From: Setoptus koraiensis
Taxonomy: Eukaryota > Animalia > Arthropoda
Assembly (NCBI GenBank): GCA_048013815.1
Contig: CM106586.1
Coordinates: 23,250,001-23,314,000, forward strand
DNA length: 64,000 nucleotides
Direction of reading: 5' to 3'
How positions within the stretch are numbered: position 1 is the stretch's first letter; each line of letters starts with the position of its first letter. The translations under genes were made by a program, and so were the position numbers. A model generated the notes under the pieces. The model was given only the letters and a program-made list of their open reading frames with translations. It was not told the DNA's origin and did not search any database. Positions 58,791 through 64,000 of the stretch are shown here, piece by piece.

Positions 58791-60538
58791 TAGCTTAGAT
58801 CATAATACGGTCCTAATAAATTCGAATTTGGCTTTGGATATGGATGAACAATTGTTTGGAGAGTTCCAGGAGGTAATATTTGCCCGTTAGGCAGTGTTAT
58901 GCCCGTATGTGACTGTATGAGGGTGTATTTACGTTTCAATCGTCTAGTAGCAATACTATCATCACATTCAATACTATCAGTCAGTTCTAGACTGAATCCT
59001 TGCGATTCGAGCCAAGAGTTGAGCTCCTGGGATTTGTAGTTACCTGAGGTGAGTGTTGCATAATGAGCTTGATGCAGAGCCTCGTGGTGGTTCATGCCGA
59101 AAGAACTTGTAAAATAATTATAAAACCAGTTGAAGTCACGTTCAACTGTATCTTCTTGATGGGTCGGAGGAAGCACATCCACAGTTATGGGGGCTGCTGC
59201 CGCCTCACGACTGCTGTGAAGGCGCTTGCGCTTCTTGTGTTTGACTGAGACTTTTAATTCTTTTTCCAAATCCTTTAAATTCCTACTGTAAGATATAATA
59301 GGCTTGGTTGTCGTCATTTTTATCAGGTGACTGGGCCATTCTACAGTTTCATCGCTGAGTGTGAGAACCCTGTTGTCAGGTGGCGTCTTCGGACCATGAT
59401 TTAAGGTAAATGAGTCACCATCAGCTACATTTTGTAGCTCTTCGGTAGTGATGGGTTGCATGCCTTCAGCAACTAAACCTTCATCTTCGGGATTTTCGAA
59501 TGACCAAGGATTTATACTGAATTGAATATTGGGCTGTGTAGTAGTAGTTCGCAACAAGTGAGGGGGCCAGCTTGCTTTGCCGCCATCGAGTGTGGTAACT
59601 GTGTAGGTTTCATTCACCATGGTGACATCCATTGGTTCCTCTTCTTTCACTGTCTTCCTGGCCTCTTCTTTCACTTTTTTCTTATCCTCTTCTTCTTCTC
59701 TCTTCCGTTCCTCTTCTCTTTTTCGTTCCTCGTCTCGCCTCCTTTCTTCTTCCCTCTCTTTTTCTTCCTTTTCTCTTTCTCTCTCCTTTTCCTTTTCTCT
59801 TTCTTTTTCTTTTTCTCTTTCCCTTTCTTTTTCCTTCTCCCTTTCTCTCTCTCTTTCTTTCTCTCTCTCCTTCTCCTTCTCTTTCTCCCTTTCCTTTTCT
59901 CTTTCCATCTCTTCTCTTTCTTTCTCTCTTTCCTTTTCTTTCTCCCTTTCCCTCTCTTTTTCTCTCTCTCTTTCCCTTTCCTTTTCCTTTTCTCTTTCTC
60001 TTTCCTTTTCTTTCTCCCTCTCTTTGGTCTTGTCCTTTTCTCTCTCTCTCTCCTTGTCCCTCTCTCTATCTTTATCCTTCTTCCTAGCTTTCTCTTTTTC
60101 CTTCTCTCGCTCCTTTTCTTTCTCCTTGTCTTTATCCCTATCCTTTTCTTTTTCTTTCTCCCTGTCTTTATCTTTTTCCTTCTCTTTATCTTTATCTTTC
60201 TCCTTCTTCCTCTCTTTTTCCTTCTTTTTCTCCCTTTCTCTTTCTTTCTCCTTCTCTTTCTCCCTTTCTCGTTCCTTCTCTTTCTTCTTCTTCCTCTCTC
60301 TTTCTTTTTCTCTCTCCTTCTCTTTTTCCCTCTCTCTTTCTTTTTCTTTCTTCTTTCTCTCTCTCTCCTTTTCTTTCTCTCTTTCTTTTTCTCTTTCTCG
60401 AACTCTACGAGCTATGAGCTCGCTTCTGAGGTCCAACATGTGGGCCTCCTTTGCATCAAAGTCACAAATAGTGACGGGAGCCGGAACAGGAACGGTGTCA
60501 TCGTCGTCATCTATTTCTCCTTCTTCTCGACCATCCAT
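58790..60538 (-). CDS. Uncharacterised 582-aa protein with an N-terminal EEGEI motif, a roughly 250-aa E/K/R dipeptide repeat and a duplicated 28-aa motif; probably nuclear
   Basis: ATG-to-TAA ORF with non-repetitive coding-like ends, a basic KHKKRKR NLS-like stretch, and a poly(A) signal at the stop. No family recognised. Confidence 0.75.
   Translation of the reverse strand: MDGREEGEIDDDDDTVPVPAPVTICDFDAKEAHMLDLRSELIARRVREREKEREKEKERERKKKEKEREREKEKEREKERERKKKKEKEREREKEKEKEREREKKKEKERKKEKDKDKEKEKDKDREKEKEKDRDKDKEKEKEREKEKEKARKKDKDRERDKEREREKDKTKEREKEKEREREKEKEREREREKEREREKEKEREKEREEMEREKEREKEKEKEREKEREREREKEKEREREKEKEREKEKEREREKEEKEREEERRRDEERKREEERKREEEEDKKKVKEEARKTVKEEEPMDVTMVNETYTVTTLDGGKASWPPHLLRTTTTQPNIQFSINPWSFENPEDEGLVAEGMQPITTEELQNVADGDSFTLNHGPKTPPDNRVLTLSDETVEWPSHLIKMTTTKPIISYSRNLKDLEKELKVSVKHKKRKRLHSSREAAAAPITVDVLPPTHQEDTVERDFNWFYNYFTSSFGMNHHEALHQAHYATLTSGNYKSQELNSWLESQGFSLELTDSIECDDSIATRRLKRKYTLIQSHTGITLPNGQILPPGTLQTIVHPYPKPNSNLLGPYYDLS
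59640..60400. repeat. Polypyrimidine/polypurine tract encoding (E-K/R)n
   Basis: The + strand is almost purely C/T for about 750 bp. Confidence 0.95.
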
Positions 60539-62251
60539 GGCTTTGGGGTTAATAATAGAGGTGCAATAGATTCTAATTAATAACGGCGAGAAATACGATT
60601 TGGTGTACCAGCAATATATTACAACGATATACCAACGTACTGGCTATACCAAATGACTACCCTCTCAACGTGCGAAAAAATACTCTCGCTATAGCACATG
60701 CAGTATTTGAACGCATGAGGGGAGGCAAACAGTGCTTTTCCCCGTGCACAACTGAGCGCGATTTTCAATTTACTTTACTCCCTGGGAGACTCCCAGGGAG
60801 GACCTCCCAACTTCCCCTGAATCGGGGGCCCCGATCACTATCAAGCCTCCCATTGGAACGTTCCAGCGGGGCACTCTAAAAGTAAACGAGAAAAAGTTTA
60901 CGAGAAAAAGATGAATGACATGATGATGTAACTATGGCACATTGATCAAATAAGGACAAATGTTAGCGTGGAAGCGAACATGAAAAACCCTCTGCAGTTT
61001 CAATCAAACATAGATCAACAATAGATGTACTTGTTCAATTTATCGGCAATAGTTGAAGTAGAAAGGAAACTTACATACAAATACATGTATGATAAGTTAT
61101 CATTGATAACTCAATGACAAAATTGCACGCGATTTGTTGTAATCTATTATTTAGCGACAAGAAATTAAAATTGCAAATGCAACTCGCGACAAATGTCAAT
61201 GTAGACTGTCGTCTGTTATAAAAGGTAAATGTTGCTGTTTCCGTAATAAAGTCTCTAGTTGACATAGTCAATTAAATGTATTTCGATCCTATTCAACTTG
61301 GTAACAATTTGACAGCGTTGCTAGGGGATTTTCTTTTGACTCTTGTCAGCTTGTCGAACAGTTACAGAATAATCAAGATCCATGACAACAGTTACACCAG
61401 CGGGTAGCTAATCGATGGTTAGCAACTACTCATTTAATTACACTGGGTATAGTGAATAGATATCAGTAGAAACGTTCATAGATTCAGACGGTTCCGCGTG
61501 ACCGCAATTCCATCATTTGTCCACTGTTTATCTTTTATTGATCGTCTGAATAGTTAGTTTTATTATTTCAGCTCTTTGAAATTGGCAGCATTGAGTACCG
61601 GTTACATAACTAGTTCCTCGTGGTCAGCTTAGTGCAACCGACTGCAACGATAACAGAACAAACTTGATTAATATAAAGAAATAATAGAATATCTACTACT
61701 TGTCTAGTTCTTTTCAATGCATAAATCAGTAGTAGATTCTATTCTATTATCTGTTTGTATTAAATGCATCGCAAAATACTATAATTGTTTTCGGTATACA
61801 TTCTGAGAGAATTACAAATTTACAGTTTCAATACTTTCGCCCACTCCTGAACGCCATGATATGCCTGTTGGGTAAGTTCAAACACAGTCTTCATGCTTGA
61901 ATCGAGTGTAAAATATTAATTAACTCAACCATGAGCAGTATTGTCGACTGAATACCGAGTAGTAAGTGAAAGTTGATGGTTCATTTTGCAGAGCAACAGT
62001 GGAGGATACAATTGTCTAGATCATGCAAGACACCCGTAAGTGACATAACGGGCAGCTCTAGAATGACTGGAAAATAAACGAAATTGTAAACAATAAACAA
62101 ACACAATCAAAATAGGAGGTTCAATATTTTGTTTAGCTTTGAATATGTACTTTTAATTACATCTATCGTGATAGTAACTGCCAATCAAGGGTCTCTTTCT
62201 ATGGTGACGCTGACTGGGAAATTTCGTATTCATAGTAGCAGTAGAGCAAAA

Positions 62252-64000
62252 TCATGCGAATGACGCCTCTTTCGAGTTTTGAATAGCTGGAGTATTAGGT
62301 GGATTCTGCTTCAATGCCAAGAACAAAACAAAACCCAAAGAGTTGACAAAACCAAAGCAGGCGAACAACCAATTCCATGCAGCTTGTGTGCCACCCTGAA
62401 TTTTCAATATTTGATTGATTCCGGTAAATTAACAGATATTGTATGAGTCAATTATGCAAATCAGGGACCATCATAGAAATCTGGTATCCACTTGAAAATA
62501 CTCACCATCGCATCAAAGACCAGTCCGACGCAACAACAAAACGAGGGTATGAGGCCGCAACCTATTGTATTATATACACTGAACATTGTTCCGCTGAGGC
62601 CAGCCTGACTCCAGTCATCGATGATAGTGCCCATCATGACAAGCTCTGTGGCCTGTTGAAGAGACTTGTTGATTGCGAACACTATGGTTTCTCCACTATT
62701 GATGAAAGTTGGCAGTATCCAAGTAATGAGAGCGCCAGTGGAAGCTAATTAGTATGTTCGGAGAACGACAACCGAATATAACAATGGGGAAAATGATTCG
62801 GTCAGAATCTTAGTTGTCATGATCAACCAATTGAAGATAGAACTCATAGAGTAAAAAGACTTGAAAGACGATGATACATGTATTGTTGACGCGCTCGTTT
62901 TTCTGTTGTTCTCACCTATACAATATACCAAGGATCGCGCTTTGAATCCTGACCATTTCAATTTAAGAATTAAAAATCCCAACAATTCACTCGACCATAG
63001 TATCGCCAACAATGAGGCAGACTGTATAAGAGAGCATATTAGACCAATAGACGCCATGTCCATTCCCATGATCACTCTCATATAGGTCGGCAATAGGTTA
63101 ATAAAAGAAGTTTGTGTACAATCGTAGAAAACAAAGCTCGCCATCAAGATGTAAAAGTTTCTTGAGGCAAACAACTTTTTCCACGGAGCTGACGGTGCTG
63201 ACGGCCCGCCGTTATCGGATGGTTTAAACGCTCTCTTTGACAGAATAATTTTCAATTCCTCTTGGCTGACGAGCCAGCATTCTTCTGGTGAATTTCTCAC
63301 TACTATCAACCAAAGTAACAACCAGACAGCCCCCATGAAACAAAATCCATAGAAGGCCCATGACCAGTGATAAGAGCACAGATAACTAGTGATCAACGGT
63401 GTGATTGTGGTGCCACCAATGGCGAAAAATTGCAACATCGCTACGGCTCTCGTTGTCTCGTAGGAGGGAAACCACGTATCAATCATACCTAAAGAAAATT
63501 GTTTTGATAAAAAAATTTGTGTAAATCGATTATTAGTGTCTCACCGTCATCATGTTTTAACTCTGGTAAATCAATTGGTAGTAAGTTTACAATGTTGCTG
63601 TTTTTAATTTTTATATCGATCTTACCGAAAAAAATTGGAAAACAAGCGGCCCCTCCAAGACCCATGATAAATCTCAATAACGCCACCCATTGCCAGCCGA
63701 AATACACTGCGCTTGGTATGAGAGCCATCGTAATCAGGGTGACTATTTGTGATATGATAATTGGTTTGTTAACTCCATTTTTGCCAGCCCAATGCGACAG
63801 GTAAATTTGGGGCAACTTTGAGATGGGTAGGCAAATGAGATATTGCAAACGTATTAATTAATTTTGCATAGTTACAGATGCGATTAAGTAATAAGTAAGT
63901 ATGCTCTTATTTTTAACTTACCGCATAACCGATGAAATAAACGTTGATTATTATACTTTGTACAAAGTTCGACCAAACAAATTCGCCATCGGCCGCAATA
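62252..64000 (-). CDS. SLC17/anion:cation symporter-type MFS transporter, 5'-truncated; exons 63922-64000, 63626-63815, 62916-63488, 62506-62744 and 62252-62395
   Basis: GEFVWSNFVQSIIINVYFIGY, LRFIMGLG, WFPSYETTRA, WSWAFYGFCFMGAVWLLLW...NSPEE...ELKII, PWKKLF and W.WLF segments typical of SLC17. GT-AG sites with consistent phases (0,1,1,0); TGA at 62254-62252. Confidence 0.85.

Noticed and set aside
59522-60580. 352-aa and 316-aa F/S/L-rich + strand ORFs that look like membrane proteins
   Set aside because: They are antisense shadows of the purine-only E/K/R repeat; a C/T-only strand cannot contain stop codons.
60700-60880. Possible RNase MRP/P RNA because of AGCGGGGCACTCT and nearby hairpins
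   Set aside because: The conserved CR-I element (GARAAGUCCCC-like) and a convincing P4 pairing were not found.

Overview
Eukaryotic (arthropod) genomic DNA. It is probably from a compact-genome acariform mite; this is inferred from protein similarity and from several intronless housekeeping genes. About 70% of the window is one minus-strand unc-13/Munc13 gene (6776 to at least 51856). It has a conserved C1-C2B-MUN-C2C core in 7 exons that I resolved splice site by splice site. Two giant, low-complexity, probably alternative N-terminal exons feed this core: exon A (47594-51856, about 1421 aa) and exon B (16684-25458, about 2925 aa). Both end in phase-0 donors that fit the same core acceptor. 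Flanking genes are puromycin-sensitive aminopeptidase (+), MOCS3/UBA4 (-), NAXD (-), POFUT1 (+, one intron), an orphan Glu/Lys/Arg-repeat protein (-) and a 5'-truncated SLC17-type MFS transporter (-). I recognised no rRNA, tRNA, CRISPR array or intact transposase. Most short ORFs in the track are TTG/GTG-started or antisense shadows. The most interesting observations are: (1) exon A carries a calmodulin-binding motif, five RQLP (RIM-BP SH3-type) motifs and a duplicated 11-aa motif that differs only at synonymous sites; (2) a 52-aa secreted or amidated peptide precursor ORF is nested antisense in an unc-13 intron and is missing from the ORF track; (3) a 12-bp palindrome supplies poly(A) signals to two convergent genes whose stops are 9 bp apart; (4) a 128-bp-arm foldback lies upstream of the aminopeptidase; (5) PAR-bZIP/C/EBP-like 10-mers are enriched across unc-13. 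All counts were made by eye and no database search was run.
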